Positions 11,402-23,759 of a DNA stretch of 43,137 bases are shown here, piece after piece. This DNA is from Diploschistes diacapsis (lineage: Eukaryota). The position numbers and the translations under genes were made by a program. The stretch lies in assembly GCA_023645945.1 (NCBI GenBank), contig JALAIB010000038.1, positions 1-43,137 of the forward strand, read 5' to 3'. Below the pieces are notes generated by a model, which had not been told where the DNA came from, ran no database searches, and was given only the letters and a program-made list of their open reading frames with translations. How positions within the stretch are numbered: the stretch's first letter is position 1; each line of letters opens with the position of its first letter.

Positions 11402-14400
11402 CTACCTCTTCTTTCTCCTCCTCTTCTGCTGCTCTTCCATATTCGCGTGCCGCGTTCGCCACCCTCGCTTTTGCGGGGTTTCGAAGACACCGTCATATCC
11501 CTCCCTTTCTTTTTGTTCATCACCTTTCTCTTCCTCATGATTTCCTACTTCTCCTTCCCGCCCTTTGGTAGCCTCATTGCCACAAGGACTATCGAGTGCA
11601 CGGCTCTTTTCTGACCCGTCATGTCTGTCTCCACCTGCCATTAAACCCGCCCCTGCTTGATGCTTATTGTTACCGTTGCGGTTGCCTATCCTCAATTTCA
11701 CCATTCGCGTTGGAGTCGTCGGGACTTTGCTCGCGGACGACGGGACAGAGCCGTTGTTATCCATTCTTGGCCCCAAATTGACCGCGAGCTTTTGGATCAC
11801 ACCATTCTGCTCGGCCTGAGGAGTGTCTATGGAAATGGAATCGTCCGTTGTAGCTTTACCACGGGGTATAGGTGTAGCAGGGGAAGAGCTGGTGGTGACG
11901 CTGTTGGGGTCTGCGGCAGCGGTACGAATTAACAGGGCAGGTGGGCTTAGGGTTCTGTGGTTGTTGTTGCCAATCTTGATTTTGTGGTTCGATTTTGACC
12001 TTGCTGCGGAGCTAGCGGTGCCCAAACCGGCAGCTTTGCTTTTACGTGCGGCTTTACGGGCGGCTTGGAACTTACCCTTGCTATCCCGGACTTTGCCTTG
12101 GAACCAGTCCGGTAGTTGCTGCTGCTCTTCATTCTGATGTACACGGACTCTTTCGAGGCGCATCCCATCTAGGCTTCCTTCGGCGTGTGAAGAAAAGGAG
12201 TGTATGCTTTCATCCCCATCGTCATCGTCATCATCTTCTCCATCTTCCGCATCGACTTCTACCTCTTCGGAATCAGAGATTCGAGCGCTCTTTTGGCCGC
12301 GGCGTAGTGATTTGGATGCGAGAATTCGCGTGAGGTCTTTCATGTCTTGTTCAAGATTCTCCGAAATGGCAGACTCATCCCCTGGAGATGTCTGCTCTTC
12401 TTCGTCGCTTTCAGCGTAGCCGCGAGGAGACTCATTCCTATGCTTGACCGTGTAGGCCGGATGCACGTATTCGTCATCCTCTGGGTCCTCGTCGAGAACT
12501 GCTTCGCTTCGACGTCGCTTCTTGGCATTCCGTTTGCCGCGTTTGCTACTGCCTGTGCCTTGAGGCAACGAAATGCTATCTTCGGAGTTCAGCATAGCTG
12601 TTGAAGCCGCATGATCTTCGAAGACGGGATATTTTGGTGGACGACCAATGCGGACACCGTTCTTGGAAAGGGTGTTCTTCATGTGACGGTGGGGATTCAT
12701 GTGTAAAGTTCCACTCGTGGAGGCACTGCCAGCGATCCAGCGCTTGCCGTGGCTACTGCTCTTGCCATTCGTCGAAGCATTTTTCTGTGGACTCTCGATG
12801 GTTGGTGGGCCATCGTGGTTCATCTTGATCAGGTCAAACTTGGTAGCGAAACCAGGACCGTAGTTGAAGTACATCTCTTCTCCAATTTCAATGTCCTTCA
12901 GAGCGAACATGCCGATGCGCTGCACAGAGTTGCAGAGGAGAAGTTTGGCTTGGCAGTTGGCGAAAGGATCCGCCTGGTGGTTGATGAAGCGGAGCTTGTT
13001 ACCCATTAGGGTACTATCGAGTGTCTGGCCTGTTCAAAGTCAATTTCATGCTGTCAAAATTTTGTAGTTGAAGTTTGGAAGCTCCTCACCATTATTGAGC
13101 GTGAATAGGTATGAGACGTTCCGCTTATCATATATTGTACCTCGCAAATCTGCCTCGAGGTCTGAAATAATCTCGCCTCGATATTCTCCAATGTAGTCGC
13201 CCTTTTTGCATTCTTCGCCCATGTACAGTCCCCACCCAGACTTCTTACCAGCCGCCATCAACTTTGAGGGACCAAGTAGCGTCCGCTTCGGAACGCCGCG
13301 CTGGATATAGACATTAGTACATTTGCCCTGTACGACACCCTCCTTGCGCCGGTTTGTAGGGTCGAGCACTTCATAAGCCCCGCAGCTTCTGCAGAGGTCT
13401 GGATCGCACTCCCGGTTCAAACGCCAGCAGTCGCATCTGTCGTTGAACCGGCATGATTTACCTTTCTGCGCACATCTACAGCCTTGAAATCGCCTAGGGC
13501 ACGTCTCCGAGCAGGCGCATGATTTCTCGCAAGTGATACCATTCTCGAAGCAGTCGCAGTTCGACCCTTCGTCGCAGGGTCCAAGATGATTGCAAGGGAG
13601 AAAGGGTTCCCGCTCATGCTGCATCCAAGTATGGCTAGTTGTAGGATTCTCCAGCCAATGATCGTGATTCTTCCTAGGTGGCATTTTGACCTTGTCGGCA
13701 AGGGCTCTAGCCTCGTTGTATGCTCTCATCGAATAGCGCGTACTGACAGGAATCGTTTCGAACAGCATGAGGAATATCTATTAAAGCTTCAGCCACATCA
13801 CACTATGGCGCGACACATGGATTGTTACCTCTTTACAGGGTTTCGAAATCAATCGGGTCTGCGCAATCATGCACGCCCCTCGCCTATCGTTCTCGAAAGC
13901 TGGCCTAAGCATTTTCAGGCTCTTCCGGTCCTCATCAGACCATACGCTCAGACGGTCTGCTCTGTTATGTTTCGGCCAGAAGCAGTCATCAGAGCAAAGC
14001 TCTTGGTCACCAAAGCCGCTATCGGCGCCTTCTCTCAGCGCAGCCCAAAAGGGCCCAGAGACGGTCTTCCCGTCCTCTTCAAGGCCCATAAGCTGTTTGA
14101 CCGTTGTGTCCCTATCCAGCGCAGCCTTATTCGGTTTGGATGAGCTAAGCTTACCGTTGGGCGACGTGGTCAGAGCCGGCTTGAGGTTGACGCGGATCCT
14201 CATGTTCTTTTCGTCATCCGAATCATCGTACTCACCATGACCCGGACATTCGTGCCTTGTCTTCTGTCAGAATCCTGGAAAATGGACAAGAGAAACACTC
14301 ACGCTTTACAAATCTGGCACACTAGCTCAGCGTATGTGCCAAGAGAGTGCAGCTCGGGTATCGAATAGTCCTCTGGTTTTGAACGTCGGGGCGAATTACT

Positions 14401-16489
14401 ATCACGTTCTACTTGGTACTGCTTCACAACGTGAAATAGACTGAAGCTCGCTACTGTCCTGAAAATATGGCACGCAAGACAAGCTGCTGCCAATTCATTG
14501 CCAGTGCTTCTCTTGGGTAGGCTCTCGAACAGAAGCCGCCACTGTTTTTGAGGCCTCTTGACGTGACTCGTTTTTGGTCGCAATGTGACGTCTGAGTCGT
14601 CTTGGTCTTCATAATAGCCCTCGTCTTGCAGATACTCTATCCGGTTTTTCCAGTGCATACGCATTTCAGGAAGAAGGTCCGACGGAGGAGCTCGACCTGA
14701 CTCGTCCAATAGAAATTCCAGTACAGCCTCCGAGCTACTTCCAACGTCTCTCAAAAAGTCTTCAATAAAGGAAGCATGAAGGGAGGCTCTTTCCATGATC
14801 CTGTTTATCTTATGGTAATTGCGTTGGTTGTCTTCTATCTTCGTTTCCAATGCTGCATAGTCATTGTCTTCTGGCTGTACGTCCTCTTGTTCTCCCAAAT
14901 AGGGTAGATAAGTCCTATGTTTGTCATCTTCAATTAGAACATTCCGCTTCGTTGGGATGTACGTCGTGTATGGTGGGATAGCTGCGACTTTCTGGCGATA
15001 GACTACATAAGGGTAGGAAACCACGGGCTTAGATGCCGTGGGTGTTTTCGAGACATACTGTCCCAGTTTGCCTACTCGACCCTTGGACTGAGGAGGGTCA
15101 TGCTCGATACTTTTCAACTCAGAAAAAGGGGATACTTTCTGCATGAACTTTGCTGAATCTCTTTTCTTTTGGGAGATGGCCGGTGTGGCCTGAAAAAGAG
15201 TCGTACTGAAAGAGTTTCGTTGCAGAATTTGACCCTCAGATACTTTTCTAGCCTGTGATAGCCGGGACTAGGATAGAGTCAGTTTCCCTTGCAAACAACT
15301 CATTGCACGTGCTATTAATTACCTTGACATGATATTGGTGATCGCTGCGCAGTCTTGCTAAGTAATGCTTGAGTCGCTGTTCAAAATCTGGCAATGACAG
15401 TGGGGACACCCTAAAGGCCTCCATCTTTTGCTCTGCTAGGTTAGACCCGACATTAGGACTAAAAGCGCCCATAGCATGTCCCATCTCTTTGGGTCCGCAT
15501 ACATCAAGCATAGGGGTGTCAGCACTTTCAGCCTGACCCTGGTTCGCGGCACCATTGACAGTCAGCGAAGACCTGCCATTATCACCACCACCACCGTTAG
15601 GCGATCCCGGATAGGATCGTTTATCAAACTTTACATTAGAATCTTCGGTCGACACATTGTTATCAGATTCTCCGGCTTGACTTTTATGGTGCGGAGAGCC
15701 GTAAGAAGGCGACTCATTGCTTCGCAATATGGAAGATTTGTTGAGAGAGCTGCTGCGAAGGAGCGCTGGCTCGGCAAAATTTCGCCCGGCTAGCACGTGA
15801 TCCTGTACAGCAGATTTACGCGCGACTTTGCCGTGCGGTTGAGGAGTGCTCGACGACGGTAGCGTTGAACGCGAGGAGCCCTTTACAAACTGCCAATTGT
15901 TTCCAACGCCCAATCGTTCGCCATTCGGAGCTGTCAGGCTCCCCTTCTTGGATATGTCCGCCTTGGATGAGCCTCGAGATCCATGTTGAAGCGGTGATTC
16001 GCGTTGGCCTTTCTCTAAGGGAAGCTCCAACTGCTTTGAGGAAGAGTGACTCTTCTTCGAGCCCTTAGCCAATCCCGGCTTACGCTTCGAAGATGGGGTT
16101 GGACTTTCTTTAGAAGGCTCATCGAGTTTTTGGGGTAGGGAGGAAAGAATGAAAGAGTTATCCAACTGTCTGTTGTTCATGTCCAGTGGATTTGCGCGCA
16201 GAGCTTTGACAAGAACTTCATGGGAAGTAAGCTGCCTCTGCCGGCTTATCGATGCAGTTATAGAAGTAGAGAAAGGTGGCGGGGTGGTGTGATCCGATTG
16301 CCTTTTTTTGGAGTCGTTGGTGAGATCAACACTAACGGCTTGCGACCGAGGTTTTAATGCAAAGGAACTTTCTTTGGACCTTGAACCATCTGAAATGGCA
16401 ACAACGCCTTGGTCACTTCTGGTGTGTTCGGAAGATGAAGATAAAGTCAAGTCGACGGGTTTGGAGACCAAGTTGTCCACGGTAGCCAT
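11402..16489 (-). CDS. KMT6: EZH2-type histone H3K27 methyltransferase, PRC2 catalytic subunit (KMT6/SET-7; ~1624 aa, 5 exons)
   Basis: Exons 16489-15323, 15267-14303, 14255-13829, 13777-13090 and 13029-11402 are in frame. A CXC domain (PCNHLGPC...CEKSCAC...CPRRFQGCRC...NRECDPDLCRSCG) is followed by a SET domain (GWGLY, IGEYRGEIIS..EADLRG.IYD...SYLFTLN, GNKLRFINH, QRIGMFA..DI..GEEMYFNYG) and a long low-complexity C-tail. Confidence 0.93.
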
Positions 16490-17198
16490 TTCTTCTTCAG
16501 ACTTGTTCAAGTTCCAGGTTCTTTACACTATGCGCTAGCGGCGTGGCGACACCACACGGCACCACACCACAACTGGCAACTAGATAGGCGTACTTTCTGC
16601 ACACTGACCACACTGACCACAACTGTCCATTAAGTAGTCCACACTGCTCCCTAGAAGATGCTGTTGTTTCTGTCACGCGTACTAGTGCATCGCTGCACAA
16701 CGCACTAGTTAGGTTTTTGTACTTTATGTGCTGCAGAAATCCGTTGCAGTGCTGGCTTCTTCGTTCATCAGAGTTTGAACTAGAATACTTTTTACCTGTC
16801 GCGAGTAAGTTACACCGTTAGAAAGTGGGACACTGTAGAATAGGGTAACAAGATGAGCACGACGACGCGACTTACAACATTGCTGACATACGGAAAACAA
16901 CACGAGGAGTAGTAGTAACTCATAACTCAGCACCGACCGTTATGCCACATCACCAACCACGCGCAAAGCCTACTGAATAGCAGTAGTAGTTAATCCAGAG
17001 CAGAAAGGGAAGAGAAGTTGTGAATATGATGGTGGATGAAGAGTTATACTACTAGGGTAGCGCATTAAGTAGAGCGCGCGATCAAGTAGTCAATAATAAT
17101 GCAGAGGGTTTTATGTCGACAGTAAGACAAGCGTTTAAGGCGGCGTTGATTGGCCCAAGCCCCTCCCTATAGTAATTTATGATCGACCTGCAACCTTA

Positions 17199-17261
17199 TT
17201 ATTCGTTATTCATTATTCATTATTCGTTGTTCATTATTCATTATTCATCATTCATTATTCA
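17199..17261. repeat. Heptamer tandem repeat (TTATTCA)x9, imperfect
   Basis: ttattcg ttattca ttattca ttattcg ttgttca ttattca ttattca tcattca ttattca, ending 57 nt upstream of the WD40 gene ATG. Confidence 0.92.
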
Positions 17262-17318
17262 TGCAAAGAGCCAAAATGTGTCTCGCATAGACTATAGACT
17301 GCATAGACTACGTGCAAA

Positions 17319-20300
17319 ATGTCCTCATCACATCCCTTTTTTTCCCTTCATCAGGTCAGTAACCTCGCCGCCCCCCATGTGAGATAGTTCTTGTTTTCGA
17401 CTTAACTTTGCGACGACAGAAAAGCTGTGTGCTACCGGTAACGGCAGTAGCGTTCGCTTCTGTGCGGTCCGTGCGCGGGCCACTGGTTCTCGCTGCCGAG
17501 GGCTCACTCATCCGCATCTTCTGCCTTAATCCACCATCCATCCTCCTAACGCAACAGGTTGGCCTTTTTACCGGAAATGTCATACATGGAATCCAATGCC
17601 AGGTTCTTGATGAGCACGCTGGCATGTCACATCATCAGCAGGTGAGATGTGTTATTTGGGGTGGCCGACGGGTTGCCCTGGCACAGCTCCACGTAACAAC
17701 CAAGCTCGATACGCTCGCCGTGTCTTGCAGCTCGCTTCAGCAAGGAGGCAGCCTCGATCATTATATACTGGACGCATGCATTGTGACGGGTGCCTCTTCT
17801 GCTACTGAACCAGTGTCGAGCACCAGCGTTCTCGCTGTTACTACTCACAATGTACTTTTCTCATTCGACTTTTCCATTCAACATTGTGCCGAAAAGTCTC
17901 CTGCTAGTCCTAGACTATTATCATCCGGTATCTCCTGCTCTCTTTATTCTGCTCACATTAAAGTCTTAGAATATGATAACATTTTGATCGCTACTGGCAC
18001 TGTGTTTGGATTTGTACACATATGGCATGCAGCCCCCTACAATGGTGGGTATTCGACTGCTGGGAATCTGATATCTTCCTTCTCCGCCCACGAAGGATCG
18101 GTTTTTGGAGTGCAAATTTTCGAGAATCCTTTTGTGCCAATTGGAGGCTTAATTGTCGCTAGCTGTAGCGACGACAGAAGCATCAAACTTTGGGCTGTTC
18201 CAGAGCTTGTCACTGGCTTGGGAATGCCTGCAGAGACACGGGAGAGAAGGATGTCGCATCATGACGCTGGTACGGGGTTTGTCGATACTTCCAATTCTCA
18301 TGGAGCGATTGGTGGAGCTGGAATGGCAAACGTTATGGCTCATTCGTCGCGGATCTGGAGCCTCAGAGTCCACAATCGACAATGTAGGCAGCTATCTCTC
18401 ATTTCCCTTGGTGAGGACGCCAGAGCGCAAGTGTGGAAGGTCATGAGCGATACTACCAAAACAAACTCAGCTAAGTGTGATCTAACCTTTTCTCCTGACC
18501 AAGTTTTGAGTCACCATGTAGGGAAAAACATCTGGGCGGGCGCGATTTACGAAGGTGATCAAGTGCTGCTAGTTACAGGCGGTGCGGATGGGCGTCTTGC
18601 AATGACGAACATCCGGCAGCACAACACAAAGTATCTATGGACCTCGAAGAACAACGCCGTGTCCCTGGGTGTTGCAAGTAATGCACCCAGCGGTCTCACA
18701 ATCAGTGATGCCGCGCTAGGAGTCCATACAGAGGCCAAGGTCAATGAGAGAACCAGCCGGTCAACGCAACTTCGCTCTGGAAACACTTTTAAGTCTTATT
18801 GCTGGCTTGGTGAAAAGACGGTTCTAGCCACAACATCCGCAGGGAACGTTCTTTTAGGAGCCCTACAACCAAAAAAAGTATATACTGACTACAAGCATGA
18901 CATTACAGAGCACTCATCTTTGCTCAATCTGCATGTTTCCTGGACTGGCCTGGACTCACTGGATGCACTTTCGTCCTTTCCCATTATTGCAGCTGTTCCC
19001 AGCCAATTTGCTTTACTAACAGGCGCTTGGGGGGATGTGTTCATCTACCTTCAAGCTGCAGGCATCGTTAAGCCGTTTGTAAAGCTACCCCGGAAAGTTG
19101 TCTTTCTTGCCGCACTGGAAATTGTCAGCAAAAAAGATGAACATCACTCTCTACAGAGGAAGACATTCGGAGCTGTCATTGCTTGCCAGGGAATTCAATT
19201 TGCGTATTTTGTTGGCTTTGGCATTATACTTGAGGATATAGCTAAGGTCCAAGATGCGTTACGACAAGTGAATTTACCAGTTGGATTCCTTGTAACGAGT
19301 GTCGCATCTCTTGCCGCCAACCTATTGGCCTTGGGATCACGGTCTGGAGCCCTGGCTCTGTACGACATTACACACGTTCAAGACACTAGCGTACTGGAAC
19401 CGGCTTCGGTTTGTCGACAACTTCACAGCGAGTCCATCACTAGCATACATGCTCTTCCGTACGACCACAGCATATATGTTTCGACCACAGGAAGAGATAG
19501 CTGTTTTGCAGTGCATGAAGTTTCGCTGGACAAGAGCTCAATCACTGTGCAAACGATTCATCGTACGCTGCTTCCATTTGGTCCCTGTATTGAAGGAGCT
19601 TGGCTCTCTCCTACCGGTGAGCTGCTCGTTTGGGGGTTTCGTGGCCAAGAGCTCGTGATTTGGAATTATACGGATCGGCAAGAAGTCATGGTTGTGGGCT
19701 GCGGTGGATTCCGTAGGACCTGGTCATTCTTCCCTCACCGTTCTACGGCTGGTGGAGGAAGCTTGATTTGGACCCAAGCATCGCTATGCCATGTATTCTA
19801 TCAGCAGGGGGCATCTCACATACTTCTACAGCCTGGTTCACACGGACGCGAAATCAAAGCGCTAGCAGTTAGACCATCCGTCGGGGATGGGCTTGGCTGC
19901 ATAGTTGCCACAGGTGCCGAAGACACTACGATTCGTATCTCGAGGCACTGCGAAGGTGACGCAAACGTGTCCGAACAACCCTTTGATACCCTCGGGATCC
20001 TTCGAAATCACAGTACTGGCATTCAGAAGCTGGTTTGGTCGCCGGATGGAACGTATCTATTTAGTGCGGCAGGGAAAGAGGAATTCTACATTTGGCGCGT
20101 CCAGGCCCTCCCCTATATCGAAATTGGTACGTTGAATGTGGCGTGTTGTCCCCAAGTTTCTGATGATGGAGACCTTCGCATCATGGATCTGGACGTTCTG
20201 GAAGAGAAAGGCGCGGACAGTTTCCAAAAATCGTATCTCATTGCAATGGGCTATTCAAATTCCTCAATGAGGATATGGCGTTTCCAGCCTGACTCGTCCA

Positions 20301-21169
20301 CTCAGAAGATGCAACTGCTTGGGACGGGAGTTTACTCGACCGTCTGTCTCACTCAATGCCACTTCGTTTGGTTCGGTCTGGAGCCGTTTATTCTCACTTG
20401 TGCAACGGACGGTCGTATTGCGCTGTGGCGAATTGGCGAGGTCATACTACGCAACAATTCAGCTGCCGCCGATAGGGAGGCACCTTCTCCCTCTGCTGGA
20501 AATCTGACGTCTCGTTTGAGCGAGGCAAGCCCGCTAGCCTCTTCACAACCGGTCTTCCATCCACTCACATCCGCCGCAGTACACCAATCTAGTATCAAGT
20601 CGTTGGCGTTTGCTCGGCTCTCGCCTACCTCTACGTTGATTGTGACGGGAGGCGATGACAACGCGTTAGGATTTTCACTCGTTTCGATGCTGCGTGATTC
20701 CAGAGGCAGCGGAATGTTCGCCAAGTTCGCCGCGCTATTGGTCCCCAAAGCGCATGCTTCAGCGATCAATGCGTTGAGCCTGGCAGAAATCTCAGCAGAG
20801 CTGGGATCTTCAGAGCCGAATTCTAAGTCAAGTTTCGAGGAGCAGGCCTCGACGGGTGGTTTGTGTAGCTTCAGGCTTGTTTCGGCTAGTAATGATCAGC
20901 GCCTAATAACATGGGATGTCCGTGTCGAGCTCTCAGCGGCGCGGTCAAGTTCAGCCACTGGAAGTGTCCACAGTGACTTCTTAGGGACGGAGTTGATCCA
21001 CGTCTTCAGAAACACGAGTGGAAGGAGCTTAGTTGCAGATGTCGATTGTATGGATACTATACAGGCCCCGTACCAGCACCCTAAAGGGCATAAAGTCATA
21101 TTGGCTGGAGTCGGCCTCGAGATATGGGATATCGCAACCAATACCCGTGAAAAGTACGATGCAACCTAA
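17319..21169 (+). CDS. WD40-repeat protein, WDR6/Trm734(Rtt10)-like tRNA 2'-O-methyltransferase regulator (~1261 aa, 2 exons)
   Basis: Exon 17319-17354 (MSSSHPFFSLHQ) joins through intron 17355-17419 (GTCAGT..CTTAAC..CAG) to exon 17420-21169. Motifs typical of this family: LPVTAVAF, IATGTVFG, HEGSVFGV, ASCSDDRSIKLW, AHSSRIW, HVGKNIW, TGGADG, CGGFRRTW, HGREIKA, TGAEDTTIR, HQSSIK, TGGDDNAL, SASNDQRL. Confidence 0.88.
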
Positions 21170-21553
21170 TTATCATACCGATCAAGTAACTGGAACCACG
21201 GCGGGGGTTAGTCTTGGAGACAGGGACTTGAATTGTTTTCATGTGGATCACGAAGATAGGAGAATTTTGTTTTCCGCAACACCATGAACCTACTTACTGT
21301 ATAAGTCGAGCGTTAAAATGCCGGCCCTTGTTTTGTCCTCGATCCGATTGGTTAACCCCCTTCAATGATTTTGTTTTTTTTCCTTTTCATGGAAAGCATG
21401 GGCATGGTAGGCAAGGCCTGACATCAGAGCCCTCACCTCAAGAACAAGAAGGACTGTAGGTTTTTGCAAGCCGGCGGAAGCCGAGCCAAGAGTCCAAGGG
21501 CCATACCGGAGGTAGTACATACGCTTATCCACTTTCGGCCTGGCCACAGCAGG

Positions 21554-21586
21554 GATGATGACGACGACGACGATGATGATGATGAT
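21554..21586. repeat. (GAY)11 trinucleotide microsatellite
   Basis: GATGAT(GAC)4(GAT)5 downstream of the WD40 gene. Confidence 0.9.
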
Positions 21587-22609
21587 GCTGCTCTAGTGCG
21601 GGAACACGTTATTCGTATGCGTTACTATTCATATGTTATTATTCGTATGTATGCGTATGGTATGATGCGAAGGACGGGACCTGGGTTGCATTGCGTCATT
21701 AGTTCCCCACCTCGGAAATTTGCATGTTTACAATTGCTTGTTGATTTCTTGCCTCCTTATCAACCCCCCCTTCTGTTTGTTTGTTTGCTCAGTCGTTATG
21801 AGTGGTGTGAAATCAAACAATCAATTTTTTGCATGACTCATAAAGCCATTTGGCCTGGAAACAGTTTTTCCCGCTCAATAATTTTCCCCACGCCTTTCTA
21901 GCTCTGAAAAGGCTGAAAAGATAACTCCGACAGTTGATAACTTCATCAGATGGTCATAGACCTTTCTATCTCCTGAATTTATCACTCGAAGATGTCAAAT
22001 AATGTCAAGGGGTCTTAAGTGGTCTCAAGTTGTGAGGTTGGGACTAATCTGGAGCGATATGGAGCTTCCATATCCATCCTGATTTTCCTGATATTCTGAG
22101 CACTGGCTTGCAACACTTTCTCTTCGTTCCTTGTATTATTTTCCAGATCCTGGACTCATGAGCGACACATTCACTACCCAGACCTTACCCCGAAGTTTCG
22201 TTTACGAGATCAAACTCATCTATGTTGCGAGCAAATGAGATTCGCAAGATGATAGACCTCCCGCTTTTTGTACCAACCATTGGGTCTCCAGAATCCCAGG
22301 GATTCCGAGGGAAATGGATAATGTTATTACGGGGAGTAATCTCGTGCTCTGCCGTCTTTAGCTTCCCCTATGGATAGTGGTCCTTTCCATTCCGGCATCG
22401 GCATTCCTCAATATAAATCCGACCTTGTCCCGATTCCGCAACCAGGATGATGGTCCAAGGGAATATTCTCATAAAACTGCATTGAGACTTGTTTCAATTA
22501 CTTTGTTCTAAAGTTTCTGGATGTAGGCTACAGCCACTACTGAGGAGACTGATAATGCGCGGGCCATTGCTCGTTTGTGACGCTTGACATTGTCGTCATG
22601 TCCCTGCAG

Positions 22610-23759
22610 TTACGACAAGCACTGCGCCATTTTTGCTTCGAAATTCTGGGGGCCTGCGAGAAACCCAACCTCAAAGCCAGCTTGGGCACGGATCGGACTT
22701 CTATTCCTTCTCTTGCACCGAATCTTTCGCCGATAAAGAAGCACCGTGGGAGATCTTGGGAAATTATCAGCCAGGATCTTGTATTTGATCCTTGTTCAGC
22801 AGGTGCAATGCAAGCGAGGACCAACCTTGGAGCAGCATATACAGGATACTAAACGGAAAATCCATCCAGGCTACGTAAGCGAGTGATCCATCGCTCGACA
22901 ATCTTTACTAAAGGCCGATTACCATTACGATCACCACCATGACTCTAAGCACTTCATTGTTCGTAATTTTCGAAGTGAAAATTTTCGGAGCATAAATACT
23001 GCGCCAGGCACGATTTGGATGGGAACAGACAGACTTATCTTCGATCCAGTGGAGCTCTTCAGGAACGTCTTCTGCATCGATGCTTGCGTGAGTCAAGGCC
23101 CTCTCTGTCGTAATACTAAGACTTGGTGCCCCGGTAAGTATTCTTTCTATCTAAACGAAGTTTTTTTGCCATGTGATGAAGGCTAGAAGATCAATCACAT
23201 CAGAATCATATCATGCTATATATGACATAGCGACAAGAAGGGCCCTCTTGCTACTTTGATTCAAAGGGCTCCAAAATGGTCTGTGCAGGTAGCGATCATT
23301 CTCCTCGTCCCCATGACGTCTGGATGCAAAGAGTTAGGAACCGCAGCACCAGCTGTACACATCAAGGCTGGCTACAGTTGGGAACAACACTTCTCTATTG
23401 AGAAGCACGATCTTATACCAGTGACAGAAGCTCTAGCGTTAGCAACGGTGAGTTTATAACAGCACAAAAATGCAAGATACAACTTGCGGATTCCGCGATT
23501 TAACGTAAGATCATCTTCAGATCTACTAATATGATTTCTTCGCCACATGGAGGCCGAGGCCTCATTTCTCCCTGATCCCATGCGAAAGGCCCATTTCATC
23601 TGTTTAAGCGTGGTTTCGATGCCTACGATGATACTATTCGCAGATGATGGACGACTGCTTTCAGAATGGTGGAGAACTGCAACAGGCGGAGATAACATAG
23701 ATTGGGAGTTGGGAGAAAACCAGCCGTTCGCTTGTAAAGAGCCCAACAGACTTTCTTGA
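22610..23759 (+). pseudogene. Possible decayed intron-containing gene of unknown family
   Basis: An acceptor (CTTGAC..CTGCAG) lies at 22609, and consensus donors lie at 22875 (GTAAGC), 23088 (GTGAGT), 23134 (GTAAGT) and 23448 (GTGAGT). Segment 22611-22874 has one in-frame TAA (22734). Segment 22914-23087 is a clean phase-compatible 58-codon exon (ADYHYDHHHDSKHFIVRNF...GTIWMGTDRLIFDPVELFRNVFCIDAC). No family recognised. Confidence 0.35.

Noticed and set aside
2694..16489. Functional chromatin cluster of CAC2, LigD-PE and KMT6
   Set aside because: Unrelated housekeeping genes are interspersed, so co-location is compatible with ordinary gene order.
21464..21901. 145-aa ORF with poly-Asp
   Set aside because: It has a non-ATG start, is driven by a microsatellite, and has no protein-like features.
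23120..23141. ATACTTACC on the minus strand resembling the U1 snRNA 5' end
   Set aside because: No U1-70K or U1A loop motifs follow. It is better explained as the complement of a plus-strand GTAAGTAT donor.
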